From: Myxococcota bacterium
Lineage (GTDB): Bacteria > Myxococcota_A > SURF-8
DNA length: 64,000 nt
Reading direction: 5' to 3'
Assembly (NCBI GenBank): GCA_963674735.2
Contig: CAXXQS010000002.1
Coordinates: 1,600,001-1,664,000, forward strand
Part shown: positions 19,411 to 29,418 of the stretch, piece after piece
How the letters are laid out: every line of letters begins with the position of its first letter
Numbering within the stretch: position 1 is the stretch's first letter
Notes under the pieces: model-generated
Database searches by the model: none
Told to the model about the DNA's origin: nothing
The model's input: the letters and a program-made list of their open reading frames with translations, nothing else
Translations under genes and position numbers: made by a program

Positions 19411-20250
19411 TCAGGCGGAGGTATTCGGCAGATCGCTGAAGCCTCGCTGACGGGCGACCTCGAACAGCAAGACGGTCGTGGCCATCGCGACGTTGAGCGA
19501 ATCGGCGACACCCGCCATGGGAATCCGGACTTTGTAATCGGCCTGCTCCATCCACAATTCGCTTAGGCCGTATTGCTCGGTGCCCAAAACGATGGCGCAG
19601 GGGACGGTCAGATCGACGTCCGTGTGGTATTGATCGGTGTGGGGAGTGGCGGCCAGTGTTCGGATCCCATGCGATTTCAGCCAGTTGAATGTCTCTTCGC
19701 TGGATGTTTCGACGACCGGCAACGAAAAAACCACCCCGGTGGAGGCACGGACCACGTTGGGGTTGTGAATGTCCGTGGTGCGGTCGCACACGATCACCGC
19801 ATCGGCTCCCACTGCATCGGCGCTACGCAGGATACTCCCGAGATTCCCCGGTTTTTCGATGGCTTCGGCCACCACCAGCAAGGGGTTGGGCGACAGCTTC
19901 AGGTCGTCTAAGGTCAGGTGCTTTTGCGGGGCCGTGGCGATCAACCCATCGGGGCGGTCGCGGTAACTGATTTTACGAAAAGGATCGGGAGTCAATTCGA
20001 AAAGCTGCGCGCCGGTTGCGGCGGCTTTGGCGATCAAGCTGTTCTCGTTCTCGCCTAAAAACAGCTTGGGACAGTAGTAAAGCGCATTGGGTTTGATTCC
20101 GGCGTCAAGAGCGCGGGATAACTCGCGATAACCCTCGATCAGGATCAGCCCGGCTTTGTCGCGATGCGGCCGACTGCGCAGGCGCACGAGGTCTTTGATG
20201 CGCGGATTCGTGTTACTGGTGATGGCGGTTGCGTGAAACGGTTCAGACAT
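19411..20250 (-). CDS. TrmH/SpoU-family RNA 2'-O-methyltransferase
   Basis: ITSNTNPRIK, EKPGNLGSILRSADA, GTEQYGLS, IPMAGVADSLNVA. Confidence 0.92.
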   Translation of the reverse strand: MSEPFHATAITSNTNPRIKDLVRLRSRPHRDKAGLILIEGYRELSRALDAGIKPNALYYCPKLFLGENENSLIAKAAATGAQLFELTPDPFRKISYRDRPDGLIATAPQKHLTLDDLKLSPNPLLVVAEAIEKPGNLGSILRSADAVGADAVIVCDRTTDIHNPNVVRASTGVVFSLPVVETSSEETFNWLKSHGIRTLAATPHTDQYHTDVDLTVPCAIVLGTEQYGLSELWMEQADYKVRIPMAGVADSLNVAMATTVLLFEVARQRGFSDLPNTSA

Positions 20251-21472
20251 TTGGAGTGGCCTTTGCGCGAGTCAGGGTCAAACGGGTGATTTCCGAGGGG
20301 ATGCCCAGACGCAGGGGCGGTCCCCAATAGCCGGTGCCGCGGCTGGTATAGACCCACAGCTTGTCGTGGCGGTGCAGACCGGAAACATAGGGTTGTTGCA
20401 AGCGAACGAGCAGGTTCCAGGGGATGAACTGCCCTCCATGGGTGTGGCCGGAAAGTTGCAGATCGAACCCCGCCTGGGCGGCGGCGAAACAGGAGCGCGG
20501 TTGGTGGGCGAGCAACAGCCGCAGGTCTGCCGGGGGCGCACCGGCCATCGCTTTTTGCGGGTCGGAACGATGGGCGTCTGAGAAACTGCCGCCGTTGTAG
20601 TCGGTTACGCCGCCTACCAACAGCCGCGCGCCGTTGTGTTCGATGATCCGGTGGCGATTGTTCAGCACCACGAAACCCAAACGTTCGGCTTCCGCAACCC
20701 AGGATTCAACATCCCAGTAATACTCGTGGTTTCCTGTCGAGAAGAAAGAACCGTGCCGCGCTTTAAGCTCGCTCAATGGTTCGAGATACGGGCGCAGGTC
20801 GGGGACGAAACCATCGATCAGGTCACCGGTGAAGGCAATCAGGTCGGGTTTGAGAGCATTGATATCGCGCACCACCTCCTCGACGAAAGAACGTTTGATG
20901 GTGGGTCCCACGTGCAGATCGGTGAATTGGACGATGCTGAAGCCTTCCAAGCTTGGCGGCAGGTTTGCGATGGGGATCTGAACGGCCTCGACGAACGGTC
21001 GTCGACGCGCCTCGGTGAAGCCGATGGTCGTCATCATGCCCGACGCACCTAAAACACCCAGACTCGCGCCGTTGGATAGAAACAAACGCCGTGACGGATT
21101 GGCAGGAGGCGGGTTCTGTCCGTCGGTCTTTCGTTGAAATCGGTGATGGAGACGGTGAATCAGGTGCACGGTCAGTCGAGCGACGTCCTGTGCGAGCAAC
21201 AGAAGCACCGTCAGCACCAGAAAGCCCATGGCGACATAGCCGACGTACGGAAAGACTTTGATTAGCGTGGGTTTATCCGGATCCGGCCAGAGGCGGTTCA
21301 CGTTGAATGCCATGAATTGCAGGGCGATCAGCGTTCCTAAGCCGGCCCATGCCAGACGCCGTGCGCGTCGCGATAGGGAAGACGTGCTGATCAGTCGTCG
21401 TCCGATATAGACGAACAACAGCAGGGAAATCGTCGCCAGGATGGAAAAGAAAATCAGCATTTTGATCATCAT
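20243..21472 (-). CDS. Membrane-bound metallophosphoesterase (YkuE/YaeI-like)
   Basis: N-terminal TMs; TDLHVG, TGDLID, GNHEYY, LAHQP, SGHTHGGQ. Confidence 0.9.
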   Translation of the reverse strand: MMIKMLIFFSILATISLLLFVYIGRRLISTSSLSRRARRLAWAGLGTLIALQFMAFNVNRLWPDPDKPTLIKVFPYVGYVAMGFLVLTVLLLLAQDVARLTVHLIHRLHHRFQRKTDGQNPPPANPSRRLFLSNGASLGVLGASGMMTTIGFTEARRRPFVEAVQIPIANLPPSLEGFSIVQFTDLHVGPTIKRSFVEEVVRDINALKPDLIAFTGDLIDGFVPDLRPYLEPLSELKARHGSFFSTGNHEYYWDVESWVAEAERLGFVVLNNRHRIIEHNGARLLVGGVTDYNGGSFSDAHRSDPQKAMAGAPPADLRLLLAHQPRSCFAAAQAGFDLQLSGHTHGGQFIPWNLLVRLQQPYVSGLHRHDKLWVYTSRGTGYWGPPLRLGIPSEITRLTLTRAKATPNV

Positions 21473-21765
21473 GGTTGGCTCACTTGCTGGTGTCCTCCAA
21501 TACCCCTTTCCCGTGCGGCTCCCGACCGTCACCAACAATAGATACACTAATCCCGCCGATTTTTCCATGTAATTGAAATTGGCTGGACTTTCATTCCTAT
21601 AGATGGTACGCAATATTTACGTTAGGTGTGTGTACAACGATGTTTTCGGCATAGTATGGACCCGTCGCTGGCACCTTTCGTCGCGTGTTCCGTTCGGTTG
21701 CCGAAAACCGCTGGCACACCCTCTAATCCGCAACGTAAACCTGCCTAGTTGAGTCGGAGGACGTC

Positions 21766-24129
21766 ATGATGTGTCGATTCCGTTGGATTGCCTTGGTCCT
21801 TCTGGTTTTCCTGGTGGCTCCTGCCGGGTGCGGCGACGACAAAGCCGTTTTCGAAAGCACCCTGTCCCCGGTTCATACCGATCTCACTCACATCAAAGAC
21901 TTCGAGGGACGCTACATGCACTTCCGCGGCGTGAACGTCGGCGGCAGTACCAAAGTCCCGGTTTTCCTGGTCGAACCACTCGAAAACGGTCGTGATTTCA
22001 CCTATGTGGGGCGCCCGTTCCCGCTGGATGATGCGGAGAAGTGGTTTGCCCAACTGCGTGACCTGGGTTTCAACTCCATCCGCCTGCTTTACATCTGGGA
22101 GGCCGTTTTTCCCGATAGTTATGAAGAGCCCGATACGGAATTCCTCGATTATTTCGAACGGATTATCGAACTGGCGGGCCAATACGGCATTTACGTGCTG
22201 ATCAACTGTCACGAAAACATGTGGAGCCGCCACCTGTGGGCCAATTACAACGAAGAGGCCGAGGGGACCAAAGGCGAAATCGATAACATGCTGTGGTCGC
22301 TTTTACCCGATCCCGACACCGGCAGCTACACCGACCGTGTCGCGGGCGACGGCGCGCCCCTGTGGGCGACGAAAGTCTGCCTGCCGGAGAAAACCTTCTA
22401 CGATGCCGAAACCAATCCCAACTGGGGCACCCATCATATCGTCGGCCGCATCAACGATCCCTTCGGGCAGGTCGGCTTGGAGATGCTGTTGGTGGAGTTG
22501 GTGAAGATGGGGCTGATTCAGTCGCCGGAAGATGTGGACACCGACGAGGAAATCGAGGCCTTCGCCAAAACATTGTCCGACAAGATCAAGGCGCATGCCC
22601 CGGAATCCTTCGATATCACCGAAACCACCGACATGCTGCCCTTCACCTTCTGGGGCACCAACAACGCCGTCAGCCTCGACATGGAGCGCTGCTACGCGCA
22701 GTTTTTCGCCGGGGACACGGTCTATCCCGATCGGCGCGTCGTCAAAAACGAGGATGGCGAATGGATCGCGGTCAACAAGGATACGCTCGACGACCCCGAT
22801 GAAGCGATGAACGTCAAGGACTTCCTGCAAAGCGGCTTCATCAATGCCTGGGTGGAGATCGCCAAACGGGCCAAGAAGCATCCCAATGTGATCGGCTACG
22901 ATCTCATGAACGAGCCGGTGTCGATCTTCCTTCTGATGACGGCTGCGGCCGCTTACTTCGACTTGGGTCTCGACAGCGCCATCGAGTCGGCCTTGACGGA
23001 TCTATTGCCGGAGGATGACCTCGGTAAAAACATCGCCCTCTTGATCGATATCTTCGAGTTGTTGCCCCCCACCACCGATGAAGAAACCCGCGCCAAATGG
23101 GGCTTCGAAGGGGCCAACCTGGGCGCGATGGCCGGGCTGAATATCGGCTTCGAGAAGAACTTCCTGCAACCGCTTTACGAGCGTTTGACGACCGCGATTC
23201 TGGAGGAAGATCCGGAAGCCAAAATCTGGTTGGAACCGGGTATCGGCGTCGAGTCGCTGCTCGGCAGCGGCGGGGGTTTGGGTGGTCAGTGGCAGCAGTA
23301 CATGACCGGCCTGGCTCCGCGTGCACAGTATGTGTATACGCCGCACTGGTATCCGGACATCTACCCCAATATCGGTTTCAATATGCCGCCGCGCACCTTC
23401 GCTCTCGATGAATACCGCTACCGCGATTATACGGCGATGTTGAAAGAAAAAGTGGACTGGGCGGCTTATGCGCTGGCCAATGTCCCGGCGGTCTTCGGTG
23501 AATTCGGCACGTACTGGAACTTCAAATACCTGAACGAAGACCCCGAGATTCCCGGCTGGAAGCAGTCGCGCATGAACGACTACGCGATTTCGGCCGAGGT
23601 GCTCGACAATTACTACGAAGGGTTCGAAGACCTGTTTTTGAGCAACATGGTGTGGTGCTTCACCGCCGATAACGATCCGATTTACGGCGATTGGTGGAAT
23701 CACGAAGACTTTTCCATCGTGGACGACCAGGGTCAGCCGCGCGGCGAAGAGGCTTATTCGCGACCGTACCCGCGTGCGTTGTCGGGCAAGCCGATCTCGA
23801 TGCATTTCTATTCGCCCCTGCACTATTTCGATCCCGACAAGGGCCAGCCCAACAAAGACCGCGAATTCGAACTGGTTTTCGCCAGTAAGGAAACCGACGC
23901 TCCCACGATTATTTTCGTCCCGCCCGCGCAGTATGCCGCCGGATTTTACGTCTGGCTTTCCGATGGCTGGGCCGCCTGGGACAACACCAACCATCGGCTG
24001 TATTACTACCCCGAAGCGGACGAACCGGAATGGGAACACACGGTCCGTATCCAGCCCCCCATCGAAGGGGAGGACATCGCGGGGTGGAACTACTTCATCA
24101 AGGGCGAAAACGTCGTGAGCCGTAACTGA
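21766..24129 (+). CDS. GH5 glycoside hydrolase lipoprotein, endoglycoceramidase-like
   Basis: Lipobox PAGC; FRGVNVGG, GFNSIRL, GDGAPLWA, acid/base GYDLMNEP, nucleophile VFGEFG, SRPYPRA. Confidence 0.82.
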   Translation: MMCRFRWIALVLLVFLVAPAGCGDDKAVFESTLSPVHTDLTHIKDFEGRYMHFRGVNVGGSTKVPVFLVEPLENGRDFTYVGRPFPLDDAEKWFAQLRDLGFNSIRLLYIWEAVFPDSYEEPDTEFLDYFERIIELAGQYGIYVLINCHENMWSRHLWANYNEEAEGTKGEIDNMLWSLLPDPDTGSYTDRVAGDGAPLWATKVCLPEKTFYDAETNPNWGTHHIVGRINDPFGQVGLEMLLVELVKMGLIQSPEDVDTDEEIEAFAKTLSDKIKAHAPESFDITETTDMLPFTFWGTNNAVSLDMERCYAQFFAGDTVYPDRRVVKNEDGEWIAVNKDTLDDPDEAMNVKDFLQSGFINAWVEIAKRAKKHPNVIGYDLMNEPVSIFLLMTAAAAYFDLGLDSAIESALTDLLPEDDLGKNIALLIDIFELLPPTTDEETRAKWGFEGANLGAMAGLNIGFEKNFLQPLYERLTTAILEEDPEAKIWLEPGIGVESLLGSGGGLGGQWQQYMTGLAPRAQYVYTPHWYPDIYPNIGFNMPPRTFALDEYRYRDYTAMLKEKVDWAAYALANVPAVFGEFGTYWNFKYLNEDPEIPGWKQSRMNDYAISAEVLDNYYEGFEDLFLSNMVWCFTADNDPIYGDWWNHEDFSIVDDQGQPRGEEAYSRPYPRALSGKPISMHFYSPLHYFDPDKGQPNKDREFELVFASKETDAPTIIFVPPAQYAAGFYVWLSDGWAAWDNTNHRLYYYPEADEPEWEHTVRIQPPIEGEDIAGWNYFIKGENVVSRN

Positions 24130-24160
24130 GAGACGAACCGGAGGAAAGGGAGAAACGCCA

Positions 24161-25714
24161 ATGAAACGGGTATTGCATATCGTTTTGGCCATGTTGATTG
24201 TGGGGCTTCCGGTTTTCGCGTCCGCTCAGGAAGGCGAGACGGCGCCCGAAGGTGCGGCGGTCGGCGAGGCGGCCAAAGCCCCCGAACTCACTCCGCCCCC
24301 CATGCCGGTGACTCCCGTCGAACCGGCGGCGGAAGAGGAGACCGTAGAAGCGCCCCCGGTTGTGGAACCGCCCGCCGAGGCGCAGGAGCTGCCCATGGCT
24401 CCGCCGGTCGAGCCGGTGCAAGTGCGGGAAATGACGGAAGAAGAGAAGAGCGACGCGCTCAAGACTTTCGAAAAGATGGTGCATTTCAACGCCACGCTGC
24501 AGACGGTGTTGGTGTACCAGAACGACTACGACTACGATAACACGCCTCCCGCCTATAACCCCGACGGCCAATCCGTCGGCTTGCTGGGGACTTTCTTCAA
24601 GCCGCGTTTTCGCCTGGTGCCGATCGAAGAAGTGGAGATCGTTTACGAGGCGGAACTGGGCCTCAATCTGTGGGGCCGCAACGATCCCGACCAATACCTG
24701 GGCGGCGAAACCGACACGTTCCTTCTGGCCCATCGTGAATTGTATGCGCGGGGCGAATTCATGAATCGGTTGATCGGGTTCAAGGTCGGTTACCAGTATT
24801 TCACCGACCCGACCGAGTTGTTTATCGGCCATTGGATCGGGGCCATGAGCTTGACCAGTTCGCGCGAGTGGGCCGACTTCACCTTGAGTGTGGGTCAATT
24901 GCCCGACCAGACCGCCGAAGGGGTGACGCTCGACGAAAACAATTTCAAGCAGGATACGTTCGTTTACGGGATGCGGGTGGATGTTCCCATCGATAACTGG
25001 ATGATCATGATGGGGCTCTACGGTCTCAACGATTCGCAGGTGGTGAATCAGACATTGAATCTTTTCACCCCCAGCCTGCGTGTCAGCGCCGACTACGACT
25101 GGGTGCAGTTCGGCCTCGATCTGGCTTTCCAAACCGGTTCCACCGAGCGGGGCGCGGCTTTCGACGATGAGCGAACCACCGCCTGGGCTTTGCAGGCCTT
25201 CGCCGATTTCAAAATCGGCAACCTCTTCATTGAATTCAACGACCTGTTCCTTTCGGGGGACGACGATGTGGACCGCAACAAGACCAACAATGCCTTCTAT
25301 TACTCGGGTAAGAGTCGCAGTCGCACCCTGATTTTGTCGGAAGATCACATCCGTGATCGTGGCGACAACCTGGATGAGCGTCTGGCCGACCGCCGTGGAA
25401 AATTCTACCTGGTGCGTCCCGGCTATTCGCTGACCGACCTGACCATCGGCTACGATGTTTCGGGCTTTTTCGTCCCGGCCGTTACCGTCGGTGCGGGCTT
25501 CGGCATCAACAAAACCAACGCGCTCAACGCCAACCTGGTGGGTATCGAAACCGATCTGGACCTCGAATTCAAATACAAGGACGTCGTGAGCTTCCATCTG
25601 ATCGGGGCGATTCTGGCTCCGGGCGGCGTGGCGGCGGCGTATGTGAATTCCTACGACCGAACCGCCATCGAGTTGCAGTACATGTTCGAGAGCTCGCTGA
25701 GTGTGACTTTCTAA
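24161..25714 (+). CDS. Outer-membrane beta-barrel protein with Pro/Glu-rich N-terminal linker
   Basis: Signal peptide, amphipathic beta strands, C-terminal LSVTF. Confidence 0.65.
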   Translation: MKRVLHIVLAMLIVGLPVFASAQEGETAPEGAAVGEAAKAPELTPPPMPVTPVEPAAEEETVEAPPVVEPPAEAQELPMAPPVEPVQVREMTEEEKSDALKTFEKMVHFNATLQTVLVYQNDYDYDNTPPAYNPDGQSVGLLGTFFKPRFRLVPIEEVEIVYEAELGLNLWGRNDPDQYLGGETDTFLLAHRELYARGEFMNRLIGFKVGYQYFTDPTELFIGHWIGAMSLTSSREWADFTLSVGQLPDQTAEGVTLDENNFKQDTFVYGMRVDVPIDNWMIMMGLYGLNDSQVVNQTLNLFTPSLRVSADYDWVQFGLDLAFQTGSTERGAAFDDERTTAWALQAFADFKIGNLFIEFNDLFLSGDDDVDRNKTNNAFYYSGKSRSRTLILSEDHIRDRGDNLDERLADRRGKFYLVRPGYSLTDLTIGYDVSGFFVPAVTVGAGFGINKTNALNANLVGIETDLDLEFKYKDVVSFHLIGAILAPGGVAAAYVNSYDRTAIELQYMFESSLSVTF

Positions 25715-25739
25715 TCGTCGAACGGGGAGGGCCTGGGAT

Positions 25740-27410
25740 ATGGCGGCACTTTCACTCGGATTCATTGACTGGCTGGTCATCGTTCTTTATTTCATTGCGA
25801 TCATTGGCATCGGATTATATCTCAAGCGTTTCGCCGACAAAAAAGAGGATTTTTTCGAGGCGGGGCGGCGCAACAATTCCTGGGTGGCGGGTTTGGCCTT
25901 TGTCTCGGCCAATCTGGGCGCGCTGGAGATTCTGGGTTGGACCGGCGGTACGGTGAAGTACGGCATGTTCGTCTCGCATTTCTACTGGATCGGCGCGGTT
26001 CCGGCCATGCTGTTCTTGGGCCTCTACATGATGCCGTTCTATTACAGCAGTAAAATCCACTCGATTCCCGGCTATCTGCTGTTGCGTTTCGACGAAAAGA
26101 CGCGGGTGCTCAACGCCATCGCCTTCGCCATCATGACCGTTCTGATGAGCGGCATCAACCTGTATCTGATGGCGCTGGTTTTCCACGTCATTTTGGGATG
26201 GAGCCTCGATCTGTCGATCTGGGTGAGCGCGGCGGCGGTGGCCTGCTACATCACCATGGGCGGCTTGCTATCGGCGATCTTTACCGAAATCGTTCAGTTC
26301 TTCCTGATCTGGTTCGGCCTGTTCCTGGTGGCCATTCTCGGCATTATCGACGTGGGCGGTTTGGGCGGTTTGTTCGAGGGGCTGCCCGACAGCATGACGC
26401 GCCTGTGGGCGACGGCGGGTCACGCCGATCTGAACGCCATGGGAGCCACCTGGTTCCCCATCGTCATCGGCTTGGGCTGGGTGCTTTCGTTCGGTTACTG
26501 GACCACCGACTTCCTGCTGGTGCAGCGGGCCTTCTCGGCCAAAGACTTGCAGACCGCGCGCCAAACACCGATTACGGCGGCCTTTTTCAAGATGATCCTA
26601 CCGGCAATTGTGGTCGGAGCGGGTTTGGTGGCCTACAAACTCATCCAAAGCGGCGACCTGGTGCTGCTCAACCACCCCGTTACCGGCGAGCCCTGGGGCG
26701 ATACGGCCTTGCCGCTCTTGATCGCGCGCTATTACCCGGTCGGGTTGGTCGGCCTGGGGATTACCGCCCTGTTGGCCGGGTTCATGGCCGGGCAGGCGGG
26801 CAACGTGTCGGCCTTCAACACGGTGTGGACCTACGATATCTATCGCGCCCTGTTCAAGAAGGACGCCAGCGACGAACACCTGGTGCGAGTGGGTCGCATC
26901 ACCACCATCGTGGGCGTTTTCGTGAGTATTCTCACGGCCTATGCGGCCATGCACTTCAACACGATCATGGACTATATCCAGGCGATTTTCTCCTGGGTCA
27001 ATGCGCCGTTGTTTGCCACCATGCTTCTGGGCATGTTCTGGAAACGCACGACTTCGGCGGCGGCATTCTGGGGCTTGATTGCCGGTATGGCGACGTCCTT
27101 CGGCATTTTCATCGGCTTCAAAACCGGTCTTTTGGGTGAAGCGGCCGCCGCGATTATCACCTTTGCCGATAACCCCAGCGACATGACGCGCAACCTGTGG
27201 CAGGCCATCTGGGCCTGGATCGTCTGCTTCGGCCTGACGGTCGCCATCAGCTTGGTCACCAAACCCAAGCCTGAAGCCGAATTGGTGGGTCTGGTGAAAG
27301 GGTTGACCGAGAAAACCATCCTGATCGATGTGCCCTGGTTCAGGCGTCCGGCCTTCTGGGCGGCGGTGGCGATGGTGTGCGTGATCTCCCTCAACGTCTA
27401 TTTCTGGTAA
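25740..27410 (+). CDS. Sodium:solute (sugar) symporter
   Basis: DFFEAGR, SANLGALE, GYWTTDFLLVQRAF, AFNTVWTYDIY; many TM helices. Confidence 0.92.
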   Translation: MAALSLGFIDWLVIVLYFIAIIGIGLYLKRFADKKEDFFEAGRRNNSWVAGLAFVSANLGALEILGWTGGTVKYGMFVSHFYWIGAVPAMLFLGLYMMPFYYSSKIHSIPGYLLLRFDEKTRVLNAIAFAIMTVLMSGINLYLMALVFHVILGWSLDLSIWVSAAAVACYITMGGLLSAIFTEIVQFFLIWFGLFLVAILGIIDVGGLGGLFEGLPDSMTRLWATAGHADLNAMGATWFPIVIGLGWVLSFGYWTTDFLLVQRAFSAKDLQTARQTPITAAFFKMILPAIVVGAGLVAYKLIQSGDLVLLNHPVTGEPWGDTALPLLIARYYPVGLVGLGITALLAGFMAGQAGNVSAFNTVWTYDIYRALFKKDASDEHLVRVGRITTIVGVFVSILTAYAAMHFNTIMDYIQAIFSWVNAPLFATMLLGMFWKRTTSAAAFWGLIAGMATSFGIFIGFKTGLLGEAAAAIITFADNPSDMTRNLWQAIWAWIVCFGLTVAISLVTKPKPEAELVGLVKGLTEKTILIDVPWFRRPAFWAAVAMVCVISLNVYFW

Positions 27411-27422
27411 GCGGAGAGCGTC

Positions 27423-27647
27423 ATGACGGATACGAATAAAGGTATGATTTCCATCTGGTTCTGGGTCGGCCTGGTGTTGACGGTTTACGGCTTTATCATC
27501 ATCGGAACAGGCATTTATTATGTCTTCGAACCCGCCGGGCTTGCGGGCAAGGTGGGTGGCAACCCCAATCTGTGGTGGGGAGCCGTGATGCTGGTCAGCG
27601 GCTTTGTTTTCCTGGCTTTGGGTCGGTTCGGAAAGCTGGTCGAATAA
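27423..27647 (+). CDS. Small two-TM membrane protein accompanying the symporter
   Basis: Two hydrophobic helices, NLWWG motif; 12 bp after SSS stop. Confidence 0.7.
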   Translation: MTDTNKGMISIWFWVGLVLTVYGFIIIGTGIYYVFEPAGLAGKVGGNPNLWWGAVMLVSGFVFLALGRFGKLVE

Positions 27648-27703
27648 AAAACGACGATCGAATAATCCCGGGATGATTCGGTTTATCCCGGATGAAGGCT
27701 TGT

Positions 27704-27732
27704 AAAGCCGGGTGATCCGCCCGGCTTTTTTT
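27704..27732. terminator. Probably bidirectional intrinsic terminator
   Basis: AAAGCCGGG...CCCGGCTTTTTTT between convergent genes. Confidence 0.8.
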
Positions 27733-27738
27733 GTGCGC

Positions 27739-28617
27739 TCAACCTGCCTCGGATGCCAGAAGAACCAATCCGCCCAGGATCCAAAAGGCTCCGATGGCGC
27801 GCCAGCCGAGATGGCGCTCCTTGAAGATCCACGCTCCCAGAAGCAGACTGGCGATGAGCAGTCCGCCACGTTTGAGGGTGATGACGTAGGCCACGTGCGG
27901 GGCGACGTCCACCGCCAGCATTTGTGAAATATTGAGAAGAGCCTGGACAAAGCCGATGGCGATCAGGGGCAGCCAGAGTCGTCGCAGCATGGCTTTGAGC
28001 GGCAGACGGGCGTGCAGGACCACCGGAGTGTAGCAAACGGCGAAGAGCAGGTTGATGATCGGCGGGTACCAGTACGGTCCGAGTTGCTGGAGGCACAGTT
28101 TGTCGAAGTTGGCGGTAATACTCCAGATCAGGGCCACGACGAGCATGAGGCGTGATCCCGGTTCGGTGAACAGGGCTTTGAAGGTGGCGGTGATTCCACG
28201 GCCTTTCTGTTGCTGTAGAATGAAGCAACCGGCCACCACGATCAGGATGGCCGCCGCACCGTTGAAGCTGAGGGTTTGATCCACCATCAGGTAAGAGGTG
28301 AGGATCATGAAAATCGGTGTCAACGACAAAAGCGGGATGTCGCGCGAGAGCTCGCCGACCGAAACCGCCTTGAAATACAGCGTGTTGGCAATGAGCAGCA
28401 ATCCGACCGCACCGAGGAGGTACAGAAGCACCACCGGTTGCGGGCTGGGTGGAGTTTCGCTGCGCCAGAGGACGTGGCCGATCAGGAAGGGCAGGCTGGT
28501 GATGGAGGCGGCCCAGGTGGCCAGGATGTAGCCCTTGGTTTCGACGATCCGTTTGCCGATGGCCCCGTGAGCGGCGGCGAAAACGCCGCACAAAAAGGCC
28601 AGGATAATCCACAGCAT
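27739..28617 (-). CDS. EamA/DMT-family transporter
   Basis: About 10 TM helices in two repeats; PLLSLTPIF, IFKE motifs. Confidence 0.85.
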   Translation of the reverse strand: MLWIILAFLCGVFAAAHGAIGKRIVETKGYILATWAASITSLPFLIGHVLWRSETPPSPQPVVLLYLLGAVGLLLIANTLYFKAVSVGELSRDIPLLSLTPIFMILTSYLMVDQTLSFNGAAAILIVVAGCFILQQQKGRGITATFKALFTEPGSRLMLVVALIWSITANFDKLCLQQLGPYWYPPIINLLFAVCYTPVVLHARLPLKAMLRRLWLPLIAIGFVQALLNISQMLAVDVAPHVAYVITLKRGGLLIASLLLGAWIFKERHLGWRAIGAFWILGGLVLLASEAG

Positions 28618-28806
28618 CGGGCGACTCCTTTCGGGCTGTCTATAGCAGGAAAACGCGCGTAAAGGAAGCTTTGCCGTGATGAAAGGGTCTTTTGGGAATG
28701 CCAGCGGTATCGCGAAGGTCTATCAGGAACGATATCGAGTGCTTGCCCGTCGGGCTTCTCTCTGCTAAGCTGGCGACCACTCGAACGCAACCAGGACGGG
28801 AACGGC

Positions 28807-29418
28807 ATGAGGCGGTTGATCGGTTTACTCATTTTCGCGTGTGCGCTGACGGCGTTCTCTTCGGCATGGGCCGGAGAGGCCGAGCCCTACACGGTGACTG
28901 ACGGCGATGTGATCGAACGTGATCGTGCCGCGCTTTTCCTATATGGCGGATATCCCCGTTCGGGCTTTGCGTATATCGCTGCCCCTTGGGACTACATCGC
29001 GGTCGGTTTTCAATTCGACGCGGAATATCATCCCGCCTTTGCGATGGGCGCACCCTGGAAATTCCAACTATTGGAATCGGCTGGGGAAACGCTCAATTTT
29101 GCCTTGACCATCCACCCGGCGTTGTATTTCAATTTCGAACGATCGAATGCCGAGGTGTTGGCCTGGATGCATCCGGGTTTTGCCGCCGGCTGGCATTTCT
29201 ATCGCAGCATGGCCCTCACCCTTAATGGCCGGTATGCCGTGATTTTACCGATCAGCAACGATGCGACTTTCTCTCACCACCCCATTGTCGAACTGGGCTT
29301 CGAATTTCCGTTGGGCCGCAATTTCAATCTGGCGCTTAAAGGGTTGACCGAATTCGAAAATTACGAGCCCGATGATTTCGTGTATGGCGGTCTGGCGGCT
29401 ATCGGGCTTCTGTTGTGA
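28807..29418 (+). CDS. Secreted protein, probable small beta-barrel
   Basis: Signal peptide ending AWA; aromatic-rich amphipathic strands. Confidence 0.55.
   Translation: MRRLIGLLIFACALTAFSSAWAGEAEPYTVTDGDVIERDRAALFLYGGYPRSGFAYIAAPWDYIAVGFQFDAEYHPAFAMGAPWKFQLLESAGETLNFALTIHPALYFNFERSNAEVLAWMHPGFAAGWHFYRSMALTLNGRYAVILPISNDATFSHHPIVELGFEFPLGRNFNLALKGLTEFENYEPDDFVYGGLAAIGLLL

Noticed and set aside
21667-21730. Two GCTGGCAC motifs as sigma54 promoters
   Set aside because: No TTGC -12 element at the required spacing
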